Assembly (NCBI RefSeq): GCF_000143415.4
Contig: NW_003314330.1
Span: forward strand, 124,001-188,000
Length of the DNA: 64,000 bases
Reading direction: 5' to 3'
Origin: Selaginella moellendorffii
Taxonomy: Eukaryota > Plantae > Lycopodiophyta
Shown: positions 37,871-49,642 of the stretch, piece by piece
Layout of the letters: each line of letters opens with the position of its first letter
Numbering within the stretch: the stretch's first letter is position 1
Position numbers and translations under genes: made by a program
Notes under the pieces: generated by a model
The model's input: only the letters and a program-made list of their open reading frames with translations
Told to the model about the DNA's origin: nothing
Database searches by the model: none

Positions 37871-39477
37871 TTTATTCAGTAAAATGGGACTAGGTACAAA
37901 TTTTCAAGTATTTGAAAATGACGTGAAATTATATGTTTTTTGTCCAGGGGCTAGACATATCTGGGGCATGGTGACTAGCGCGGTGACTTTGTGTCCAGAC
38001 TGAGTCCATCTGGTTGTATAATAAATCTCATTGTCAAGGTGAACAAGCTGAATCTGAAGCTAAAGAAGAGCGATGGCATGCGCGCACACACTATTTGTTT
38101 GTTCATTGAGCGTGTGGTGAACTTTCCAAGATGAACGTCATTTTTATTAGCCAGACATATAACTTAATGGTGAGAACATTTAAATATTATTCAATGTTAT
38201 TTTTTTCTAACGAATCTAATTGTGAAGGTGTAGCAAGAGGCATTGCTAGTCTGGAGAAGTCATTTAACTCATTTGACCCTTAGTGTATTTTCATGAAACT
38301 AAATAACATTCATATTATTAAGGAATTTCTCTAGTACCTTTTTTTTACGACATAGAGGCTTGCATTTCTTTCAAAGGTGATTTAGTAAAAGGCCTGAGGG
38401 CACATGCCATTCTATTTCTCAGACCGGTATTAAGATATACTAGTGCAAAGGGAAAAAGGTATTTGGTGATCAAGTAAATGGCATGAGGGCACACGCCATT
38501 ATAAGCCTAAGCGCTAGTGGACACCTCCTTTTTGGTACTCTCAGCGGTACTATCATCCTTCTCCGGGTCAATTGTTTTGCTTTGGATTGTTGTCTTTGAC
38601 GTTACTGGGGCGTTCTCGATAGTTGTTAATGTTGCCGTTTGTTCAGAAAAATGATCACCTAGAGTATAGTACGGGGAGTTTGGAAGACTTATATATTCTA
38701 CATCTTCACCTATCTCCTTCTTCGTCTCCTTTTCTGCCTCACTTACAGATTTTGTGCTTGCCATGAGAACGCTCTTCAGCCTAAAATATGGAGTTCGTTG
38801 TGTTATAAAAGGAAACCAACACACACGCTGCAAGGGAATGATGGTACATAAAGCACGTAAGCCCACAATATGGGTTTATGTGCCATTAATATGGGCCACA
38901 CGCCATATTATTAGATTTATGCACGTGTGATTGGTAAATGCATATATCACATCATCTTTGTTTTACCTCACACACTATATCAGGCCTAATGAACCATATC
39001 ACATGTGCACACATGCTATATATATGGAGAAGTATTATGCAAGGATAGAAAAATTCAATGCATGATTGTGGAGAGCAATGGCATGAAGCCACATGCTAAA
39101 TAACATTTTAGAGAAAGAATTAAAATAGAAACATGCAAACAGTACTGAGTGGACCAAGACTTAGAAGTGCACAATTGAATGAGGTATTTCTAATAAATAT
39201 TTCACTCACCTCATATACGAATGGCTACCACTCTCAAATGGCGTATCGCCTCATGCCATCACCTCGCAATTTGTTATAACAATCCGATGAATTCATATTC
39301 GGCTTGTTCACCTTGAACTTTAAGTAAGATTTGCTAGAACAACTAAGAATTTATACTTGTTATTTGTATCATCTCACCTAGGAATGGCATAAGGCCACAT
39401 GCCATCACGCCTCCTCTGATTCAGATTCGGATTGTTCACCTTGAAATAAAATACATTAGAAACTTAGTAAAGGAATA

Positions 39478-41590
39478 TTAATGAATCTCACCTTGAACCC
39501 GGGTTATGAATGCTCTTGCTGCATCTCTTGCATGGTCTGGCAAGGTGATGGTGGCACTTTGCTTCCGCATCCAACCATGCACAACATTATCCACCGATAT
39601 GCTCATGCTGGGATCCCTTGGATTCAGCACCCATCTCTTTTCTAGGCAATCCTTCGTATATCCAGAACTTGGCTTGAACCACTCCACAGTTACATTGAAG
39701 GAGTTAGTTTCCGCGTCCTCCTCTGCATTAGTGATGCAGCGCCCCACCCATATCATTTGTTTTTTAAAGCATGACCATTCCTTTGCAGACCTGTACTGGA
39801 TTGAATGTTGAATCCGGCTTCTTGTTCCTCGGCCCACAATAGTGATCCTCAACATCGTTATCTGTCATTGCATTTCCAGAGGACATTGTTCCGCTACTAT
39901 CTGGTGCTCTAGGTTTTGGCTAAAAGGACTCTTCCAATTCTTCATATACAACCGGCCCATTTTGGATAGCAGATATAATCTTCTCCCAGTATTCGAGCAA
40001 AGGCTTGCACCTCTGAAAATAGGATTCTCCACCAAACACCAACCCCCTCTTCCAGAAGGCAATATGCTGTCTAATCCCGGCCACTATACTTTCCTGGTCT
40101 TTGAGTCCATCCGGGTGCATCGGCCGTGGGGAACCCTGAGGAATCATAGGTTCCCCAGTTATGGGATCTCTCTTGAAGAGTTCAATGCCGTCCACTGGCA
40201 GCCACACTGTGTCCCATTCTCTCATCTTGTACCTCATCACTGGAGCACCGTCACGCATGCTGAAATGAAACTAAAGAGGCTTGGAGTGGCCAATCAGCGT
40301 TTCGGATCTGTCCCTAATGTAACCTCTTACAAACCCCTTAAAGTCTGGAACCTCTGTCACAAGTGCAGCTTCAACAGTGCCTTTGATGCAATTTTGGAAT
40401 TCATCGTAGAGTTGTGGGAGGGTGTCTCATGGTTGGGCACACTCATGAAGACGTCGATGCCATGTTCAGTCACCTGGCAGAGTCCCTCCGGCGATCCAAT
40501 GTAAGCCAAGTGTAACCGTTTCAAATATGCCTTTGGCAACAAGCATCGCCAAGTACGCGAAGACGTACATGTTTTTGTTCTCACTGCCAGCATTGTCTGT
40601 TTGGAGCAGAAGATGGGGTGGAAGGCCACATCGGCTGCAAGAACTTCCTTGAGATTCTGCTTCGTTTGGATGAGGCTGTGCATTCACCGGGCGACCAGCC
40701 TCGTCGGAATGGCATGAGGCCTCACGTGATAACCCTACAATCTGACGGCCAACATATTCACTAGGATGGCATGGGGCCCCACGCGATACTGCAAGCCTTT
40801 GCTCCTCCTCCAGCTGAACCCTGTATGGGGTTCAATCGACAAGGGCCTTATGCAAGGGTTGGCCATTCAGCTCAGTCTGCGCACTTTGCAGAGACTTTAA
40901 GTGTTTTGTTAGGGACGCAATCATCATGTTTGCACCCCCGCCACCCCATAGAGGTACAAAGAAGTTCCCATAGTTCTGGACACCATGCCCATGAGCGATT
41001 ATGCCAAACAGAGACACAGGCAGCTGCATGGATGAAGAGATTGCCTTGGGGGCAGGATTGAGTCGAGGTAAGCACGTCTTTTTCTGGTCCATTTTGTCGT
41101 GGATGATGCAGAGGTAAGAGTCAGGTCTCTCCATGGAGAGAATCTTGTTATGATAATATGTAGTCCTGCAGCTTCTCTGCTCGATGTTGTGGTCGAGCCG
41201 CCTTCTAACCAACGTCTCTCGCTCTTGAGCGCTGCAAGAATTCTTCGACAAAGCCATTTTGATAGCAGTGCACTCGTCACACTTTGAAAAGCTAGAGTAC
41301 TTTCCTATACTCACATCCCTGAACCTGTTGCTCCACAATCTACTAAATCTAGATTGGCTCAGCGTCCTGTAGCCATTACTCTGGAGTTCCCGATTCACAT
41401 CTTCCAATATGGCCCCCTTGGTATACATGGAAGGGAGAACTCGTTGGGTGTCTCGTGTTCCATCTTCCAAGAGGCGGGTTTTATGTGGTTGCTGCTCGCT
41501 ACATGTCTCGACAAACCTCTTGAAGATTGCCTCTCCATATACAACATGACCCCTGGTTTTGTGCGTACCGTCGTTCCCATGGACTGCCTG
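39478..41590 (-). pseudogene. Sola1-like DDD transposase, inactivated
   Basis: FSKCDEC, LCIIHDKMDQKK, LQTDNAGSENKN, GHTHEDVDAMF (in an inverted segment), EVPDFK; in-frame stops at 40832, 40271, 39920 and a frameshift near 39760. Confidence 0.8.
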
Positions 41591-41614
41591 TTGAACCGGT
41601 AGCCACACCAAAGA

Positions 41615-41760
41615 CAGTGCCGCTCGCAACACCGCAACTACTCGTAGCGCCGCTCGCAACACCGCAACTGCTCGTAGCGCCGCTCGCACAAACTGCCACT
41701 CGCATAAACTGCCGCTCGCAATGGCGCTCGCACGCAATGCCACAACCGCTCGTAGATGCA
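41615..41760. repeat. GC-rich tandem repeat, about 30-bp unit GCCGCTCGCAACACCGCAACT(A/G)CTCGTAGC
   Basis: Two near-perfect units plus degenerate units upstream of the transposase core. Confidence 0.8.
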
Positions 41761-42551
41761 TAAACCACAGCTCACAACGCCGCTTACACAAGCAGCGCTC
41801 ACTGCGCTCAGCGGAACCAAGAACACGGCGCACAAAAATGATAGACCTAGGAATGAGTTCGAGAATTCAAAAATAACACACGCTTGAATGTCACATCAAA
41901 TCCTCTAACAAACTAGATCTTATGATTCCTCTGACAAATTTCAAACTAAGTAGCTTCTAGACTTTGCTGTCGGAGGTTGAACTTTGTCACATCATGTCCT
42001 TGCCTCGATCTAGCTATGCCATGTCAGTGATTCGAACTTTGCCATGCCATGTCAGCGATCCGCGCCAAGATTATTCGCCGTGTAAAGGAATAATTATGCT
42101 GTGTGTGTACGTCCATTTATGGCAATATAAGGCCACACGCCATTCAAAGAATAATGCTAGTTGAGCATTTTTTGGTGCATTTTTGGGTTCAAAATTGCAT
42201 GAGCCCACACGCTATAAAGTTTACCTGTACTAAAAATAGAAACAGCTTTATTTACTTGGGAATTTAAGTGGTTGAGGCATTTTTAAACTTACAAACACAT
42301 GCCCTACTTACATTCCTTTGGTTGCTTAAAATTCAAAAATATTATAAACCTTTCTTTTTGCATTTTCAATGTTTTCAATTATGGTTTTTGATTTTCGCAG
42401 GACCAGCCTAGTAATCTATTTGCATCCCATCATGTTTATAGCTAGCTTTCGTTTGTCCCCTTTGCTAGCCTGAGATACATCTGCTTCGCATCTGCCTCTT
42501 ACAGCATTTGCCCAGAAAGGGCATCTTTCTTCACGCAGCATTTGCCACATG

Positions 42552-42577
42552 TTTAGGGTTTAGGGTTTAGGGTTTAG
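42552..42577 (+). repeat. Interstitial plant telomere repeat (TTTAGGG)x3.7
   Basis: tttagggtttagggtttagggtttag. Confidence 0.9.
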
Positions 42578-43842
42578 CAATTCAGTAGCTTGATAAACAT
42601 GCAAATACAGAACTTGATGCAAAATCCTTTGATATGTCACAATGCCCCTAGGACCATAAACACATTTCAATAGAGAGGGTCCTTTCATTTCATAATTCGT
42701 TACGTAGATCTTGGTGAAACCAGAGTTAGTGAAGTTGGTTTCTTGTGATCCCGCATCTGATTGTGATGTCCATTTGCAGTGTCGATGGAAAGGTCAATGC
42801 ACACCAAACTTTAGAATCTTGGAGCAAAATAACGGTCGAATCTATGGCAAATGCCCCTGAAACATTGTAAGGCTCGTGTGGTCTCATGTGGTGTCCGATC
42901 GAGATGCTTCTTTGCAAGGTCATCAAGAAGGACATTGTATACCTCTTTATTTAGCTAAACATTTGGCATTTTTGGAAATACAAGATGCTTTGGAATATCC
43001 AATTATGCATGGTATAAATATAGCGAGGGTATTAAATGATATCCCAATCATGATCTTTCTTTTGGATTTCGCGTGCATGCAGTCCGAGGAATGATGACGT
43101 TGCGGATTTCTTTTGGATTTCACGTGCATGCATGCATGCGGCGATCCAGAAATTAATGGTGGCGCCCAAGTCCGAGGAATGATGACGTTGCGGGATTACC
43201 AACCGTCGTGACATTTCGCGCGTGTGAGGTTAGGTTTTGCATCGTACTCGCGCTCGCATCGCGCTCCCACTCGCAATCACGCTCACATTCGCGCTCATCT
43301 ACCTTCTCTACAGGTTTCTCGTGTGCATCGACGTCCACTCGCGCTTGCATCACACTCGCGCTCGCATCGCACTCGTGTGCATCAGCGTCCACTTCAAGAC
43401 ACACCCAGTTTGTAACTTCGCCGCCAACTCCGCCGCCCACTCCGCCACCCACACGCAGCCCACTTGGCGTCCCAGGAGATTTCAGCGCCACTCTCCAACT
43501 GTAAGTGGCAAAGTAGCCTTGCTGCTACGATCCGCTGCACACACAGTGCACATTCGCCAGTGAGTCCGGCCTCGATTGTCACGCCTGCATTCGGCTTCAA
43601 ATGGTAAGTCTTTTAGGCCAAGTAGAAAATGGCATGAGGCCACATGCCATTCAGTAGCAACATTGGCATGCACCGATTGGGCTCTCGAGTGCAATCCGGT
43701 TACAGATAGCGTGTAGCCTCACGCCATCTTAGGATGCAACCTCAAGACATCTGATGCAGTGGTGAATGGCGTGTGGCCTCACGTTATTTCCAGCTGCTAG
43801 CTTTTCATCTGTCAGCTCTAATTGTTGTGCATTTCTGAACAG

Positions 43843-46800
43843 GCGAGGAATTGCGTTCTTCTTCCAGCCACTGTCAATGTGGATGCAGAGAAGGGGGAGG
43901 AGCTCACCAGTTGGACTTTCGGGATGGAAGGCGAGGATCTGAGGCTGTACAACACAGATGGTGGGAGAAAAGAATGCATGGGGATCCTCATCCAAGTGAC
44001 AGACACTCCATGCAGTTCCATGCAAGAATATAGACTGGCACTTGTGGTAGAGACAGCGTCCGCCTTCAAGATCCACCTTGCACATCCTAGCGGCTTCCCG
44101 GAGGGGGGCAGCGGCTATGAGGAATTCCTAGAGGGAGCTGGGGAGAGGTTGTCCAGGAGGCCCACAATTTCAAAGACGTTGCGGGTCTATGAAGATCACA
44201 TGGAATCCACGGACCTCACCTACAGCGATGTTCAAAAACTATATTCCAACATTGAGCCATTGAGAGTGCCTCCAGTTCGCAAAGCGAAGGGGAAGGGGGT
44301 CAATCTGGAAACTACCCCGAAGCAGAAAAGGGTGGTCAAGCTCAAGCCGACGTCCGACTCTCCTGCTCCAAAAAAGAAGCTACTCGGTGATGCCATTGCC
44401 TCGGGTTCGAACACTACACCCACCAAAAAGAAGAGCCGCAAAGAGCAGAAAGAGCAAGAAAAGGCAGCAAAAATCGTCGCAGATAATAGTACTTGTTACT
44501 ATTCCAACAAAGTATATACAATCGACGTGAGCCGTATCGACATCCAAAGCAAATACAACCATAGGCTAGTATCTGATGAGTGGGTGGAGAAACTGAAGTA
44601 GAAGATGCTGGCAAGTCCAGTAACACTCGACATTGCAGACGTGATCCCCTACTACCGAACAATGAGGGCGAGACGAGGTTTCCAAACTTGATCAATAGGA
44701 AGGTGTTGGACGATCAGAACATCCGGTTCTATGCCGTCTCCGGGCAGCATTCTAGCTTGGCGATGCAAGAGATAGTTGTGGATATTATGGTGGGCGAGGA
44801 GGTGAAAAAAGTCTTCAAAACAAGAGTTGTCCGCCTGATAAAAGGCAACTCGACCCTCCGATCTATCATATACATCTCCCACGCGCAGAATGTCAAGCAA
44901 GAAATGTGCTACAAATCGGGTCTGCATGAGACATTGGCACGAACACGGAAGCTCTGGGTTCAACTGAAGAAGCCACAAAAACCAGGACAAGGACGTGCAC
45001 TAGCAACTAGCGCCTGGCAGGTAAGCCTCGTTGCATGTGGCATAGCATGTGGCCTCACGCCATTTCCATTGCAGGAATTCTTGAGTCTTCTCTCGAAAAC
45101 ACTGGGGGTCAATGACACACTCAGCATCCATAACATTCTACTCGCGACAAAAGTTGTTTTTGACAAATGGGTAGATGTGCTGAGGAGGTACCATGACGGG
45201 GAGTTGCTAAACTCAATGGGTGTGGAGGACGGGCGGAAGCCCAATGATTTGAAGCTCAACGCCTTGCGTTTCTCGCGGTCTCTAGACGACGACGACCTTC
45301 TGACAGTGGCTAATGCTCTTCTACGTGGTGAGGTAGTCTTCAACAAGACCAAAATGACTCCCGGCCATATTATGACATACGAGGACTTGTGCACGACTCT
45401 GAGAGCTCGTGCGCTATTGAAGGATTGGATCTTCGAGCAAGTGGCCGTGGAGAGGGTGAGCATCGACACCACGCAAGAGATGATGGAAGAGCTGGAGTTG
45501 TCAAATGAAGACATCGACGAGTACGTGAAGGGGGCCCCCAAGTTCATCGATCTGCTGCGGGATGCCACGAAAAGTAAAGCTGAGAAGTTGGATCAGTATC
45601 CAAATTTCATTAAGAGGGATGTCGACCGCCGGCTTCAGAAACAGCTCGACCCCGCAGCAGAGGCCTATCGAGAACCTTACCGGGTATACGTGAATTCGGA
45701 TGAGGATCAAAGGTGGAGGAGCATCGTTTCCTGCGGAGATGAGCAGGTCAAGAACATCTTTTGTGTGATGGACTTCACAAACGAGGAGATCACTCATGCA
45801 GACGAAGTCAGCTCCATCATTGACTTAATGGTGGGACTTGCGGAGGTGGAATCTTCAGTCCACTATATGATCTACGACTCCGAATCCTATCACAAGTTCT
45901 GGAAGGCCTTGAACGAGGTGAAGGCTCGGTTGAAAGGCAAGGAGATGCGGGAGATCCATGGGATAATGGCTAAGAAGAAGATACCGACAAATGTCCGCAT
46001 CTTCACAGTCGCCCTTGTTATTGGTCCTGCAGCAGAGTGGGACTGGAGTGACTTCCCAGCTTCGTTCGACAAGGCCGATTGAATTGATCTGAGGGAGGTC
46101 AATTTACCCGTGCCTGAGGAACTGAAGACGGCTATGGAGCTTTCAAATCCAGAGAAAGCTCCAGGTGCAGCATGGGAAATGCTCAACTGGGTCTTCAACG
46201 CAATAGCGGGTGGGTCACCTGCTTCCGACTCCAAGGGCAAATGCGTAGTTGTTGAGTACAACTGCGGCGGACTATTCTTTCGAGCCGCACTACTCAAGGG
46301 TGTCCCGTGTGTTGCGGTGACAAACTCCATTGAAGAGGTGACTTCAATGGAGCATATAATTACAGTTGCCAAAGAAAAACAGTATCTTCTCTGCGAACCT
46401 GGTGAGTACGCACTTTAAGTTTAAATGTTATCTCACAAGCTCTGTATGCAGGAACGTGGCCACCCCCAGATGCTGAAACGGCGTTAACAGCTACTGTTGA
46501 AGATACCCATGTTGGGCCGAGCTCACAACCTGCACAAGGTAAGGTCACGTGAGGCCTCACGCCATTTTGATTATAGATCATTGTGAATATTCAGACACGA
46601 GGACTAAAAAGCGCACTGGTGGCGCGTCGAAGGACAAACAGACAAGCAATAGGAAAAAATGAGGTACAAATTATATTTGCAATGGCGTGTGGTCTCATGC
46701 CATTCCTTGCAGGAGACACTTCTTCAAAGGCAAAACAGGCAAGCACCAGCCAAGCTCAAACTGACAGTGGTCATAAAAAGCGAAAGCACGTTGGACAGTC

Positions 46801-48964
46801 GTCGGGATCAGAGGCGTTTGATTCGAAAAGGAAGAAGGGCAACGAAAAGATGATAGGTAATGCCTCGCGGTTATGGCGTGTGTGCTCATGCCATTCATTG
46901 CAGATCAAGGGCTGAGTGAAAGCAGCCAGTCACCACCTCCTGACTCAGATTCCTATGGTGGACTCCCCTTCCCCAATCTCAATGGAGAGGTACAATGGAT
47001 GAGGGATGCTTTTCAAGTCAGGGCCACGTTTTTCTCATCTCGTCGTCTTCGAAGGGTGCAAGAATGTGCAGAAACCATGTTAAGACAGTCGGGTGAGGAT
47101 ACGGTCCTAGGTCACGCACTAAAACAGGCTATGGATGTCTTGTATTTTGAGATGGAGACTTGGCCAGATGATTTTCCCAAGATGGTCCTGGAAGAACAAG
47201 CCATCCAGCCTGAGCAGCCTATGGAAGAAATGCAAGAGGGGGATGAGGAGCCAGAGAAAGATAATGAGCAGGAAGAGCAGAAGGACGAAGAGGAGGACGA
47301 AGAAGAGGAGGATGAAGAGGACTTGGATGGTCCTCACAATGGTGACAATCACAATAACGACGACGACGATGATGACGACGATGGCCAACCTGAGGTGGCC
47401 AAAGAGCAGCGGAGGAAGGTCATACAAGACAAACCATCAGGTAAATATTAGTACATCCATTCCTAACCTTTTACCATTTCTAACATTGTCCATGTAGGTC
47501 GCAGAGCAAATGGTAAGTAGAGATTATTCAGTTGAATTAAGATACAAACTCTAGCCTTTAGTGTTGAGGAGCAAGGGTCGAAACGTATGTCCAATCCTTC
47601 AGAATCAGCAGTGCACCCAAGTGATATCAGTCCTAGTTCCTCAATAGCAGTTAATGGTAAATACAGTATAGTCGATTCAATGTGCTAATGAGTTTGTTTT
47701 TAGTAACCAGTAGGGAGGATACCATCTCAATCGAAGGGAGATATTTGGACATGCATATGGATCCGCCAGTGGACTCTACTTGCCTGCAAGAGTCATCAGA
47801 GCTGGTGGAGGCTACTATCCATATCAACGCCAAGCAAGCTGACCATGCTCCACTTGATGCTGCCCATACCACTGAGTCAATCTTGTCCACGTATCCAACT
47901 GACGGTGACCAGGCGCCATTGGACCCGCATGAGGCCGCCCCAGCCGCCGAGCCGGTCGTATCCTCATTTCCAACGGACTCAACGTGTGCCCAATCGTCTG
48001 ACTACGCGCCGTTGGAACCTCCCTACACCGCCCCTGCTGCTTGTTTGGTCATATCCACTTTGCCAACGGAGGCACCAGCTGAAATGGCGTGTGATCACAC
48101 GCCATCGGAACCACCCCATGCCACTGTTGAGCCAGTTGTACCAGAGTCTACAGCTGAAATGGCATGTGCCCACACGCCATCGGATGCGATTGACCCCACA
48201 TTGCAGAGGAGAGTATTTCCGCCCTTCACATTTCCTCGACCAAAACCCTCTCAACGACCATCGGGAGCACCATTCGTTAATATTGTAGATGGTAAAATTG
48301 ACTTGTACCATTTTTTATGCTGACGCATTTCATTTCAGAGTCACGGCGAAGGTACTGTATCGTTTTTGATCTGAACGGTGTCCTTTTCTCCCATGAGCGT
48401 GGCTCGTCCTCGAATGTCACTGCACCCTCCAAAGCCTGCAGTCGCAAGTTGGTCAAAAGAGATAGATTCACATTAATCACACGGGAGAAACTGCAGGATC
48501 TAATAATGACCATGCGACACTTAAAACAGAGGGCCGGGTTCAATTTGCAATTGGGAGTTTGGACATCCATGATGCGCCACAATGCATTAACGTTGCTACA
48601 GATGATGCACGATCAGACGCGAGTAATATTACCATTTGACTTTCTCCTAACGCAGGAGGATTGCTTGACTATGGTCCATGTGAGGGGTAACAAACCCATC
48701 TTCGTCAAGCCAGAGGCTGTAGTGATGAACCGGACTGCTAGGTCAAGTGAAATCCTCATCATCGATGACTCGCCGATTAAAACTGCAGCGAACACACACA
48801 CATATGCAGTGCACCCCATCTCTTGCAGTATGGAAACTAGGGAGAAGAAACCGTATGTTCTGGGGGACCTTGCAAAACGGCTTGGAACGATGGTGATAGA
48901 GAACCGGCCAGTTCAGGAGGTGGCTGTAGAAATCAACCAAATGGTAGATGGAACGGTATATTAG
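43843..48964 (+). pseudogene. Transposon cargo gene: ParB-like, degenerate N4/N6-MTase-like, acidic linker and NIF/FCP1-like HAD phosphatase domains; spliced
   Basis: NHRLVSDEWVEKL...FYAVSGQHSSLAM; PEKAP...VVVEYNCGGLFFRAALLKGVPCVAV; IVFDLNGVL...VWTS...IIDDSPIK; GT-AG introns link the ORFs; stops at 44599 and 46080, frameshift near 44650; further 5' exons likely near 43400-43600. Confidence 0.65.
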
Positions 48965-49618
48965 AAGCCATTTGATCGGACAGACACCAGTCATCATTTA
49001 TGGCATGTATATTGTCTAGCCAAACACTATCTGCATCTCCATAATCTGCTCAACCGGATGGGTTCTTCGACCACTGAACATGAGCGTGGACGTATTAGAG
49101 AAGAGATGGCATTACTATTGGGTTTAAATCCTGATAGTGTGGAGAGTGATGAAATTCCAAGATTATTGTATAGGCGTTGGAGGCAAAAAATAACAGTCTG
49201 AGATGGCATGTATTTATTTAAAAATGTAACTTATTATAGCATGGGGTTCCATGCCATTGTATTAATATTAAAAGACAATTCTTTGAGAGGATTTGCATTA
49301 TACTAGAAGTGTTACAACATGTTATTGGAAGTCTACGAAGTTGTTTTATTAATAAGGGGAAAGTAAAGATTGAATGGGACTTGGGCTCCATCTAGACTCG
49401 GAGCAATTGAGCCAATATTAAAAGGATGGAAAGAAATTGGACGACGATGACAAGGAGAAGAGAGAGGTGAAGCAGTGGCAGGGGGAGGAGAAATGATTGA
49501 GTAGACATTTCCTTGTTTAAAATAAAATGGCATGTGCCTCAATGCAGTTGAATTTTGTTATATTTATATACTATATAAAGGTTTGGAAACCTTATTTTAC
49601 AAGTGGGATAATGACAAT

Positions 49619-49642
49619 TCCCACTTTAACGAAATAGAGCTT
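49619..49642 (-). repeat. Right TIR
   Basis: tcccactttaacgaaatagagctt is the exact reverse complement of the left TIR. Confidence 0.95.

Larger units (their letters stand above)
38073..49548. repeat. Dispersed 22-bp palindrome family ATGGCRTGNGGCCNCAYGCCAT (about 20 copies)
   Basis: Copies start at about 38073, 38389, 38478, 38998, 39078, 39238, 39384, 40709, 40766, 42122, 42194, 43629, 43706, 43766, 45042, 46544, 46682, 46873, 48084, 48159, 49236, 49527. Confidence 0.9.
37847..49642. mobile_element. 11.8-kb TIR DNA transposon, Sola1-like, with cargo gene
   Basis: 24-bp perfect TIR AAGCTCTATTTCGTTAAAGTGGGA; TCAA duplicated at 37843-37846 and 49643-49646; removing the insert rejoins the integrase sequence. 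Confidence 0.92.

Noticed and set aside
39842-40504. 220-aa plus-strand ORF
   Set aside because: Antisense shadow of the transposase; the genuine plus-strand motif there is in another frame and explained by the micro-inversion.
41590-41833. Cys/Arg-rich N-terminus of ORF 40832-41833 as real transposase sequence
   Set aside because: It is the translation of a GC-rich tandem repeat; transposase-like sequence begins near HGNDG (about 41585).
42552-42577. Telomere or chromosome-fusion scar
   Set aside because: Fewer than four units and internal to a transposon; better read as telo-boxes.
43153-43563. Overlapping ORFs on both strands
   Set aside because: Low-complexity CpG-rich repeats; no recognisable domain.
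38073-49548. Palindromic repeats as a CRISPR array
   Set aside because: Spacing is irregular (60 bp to over 1 kb), copies are degenerate, there are no cas genes, and the context is eukaryotic.
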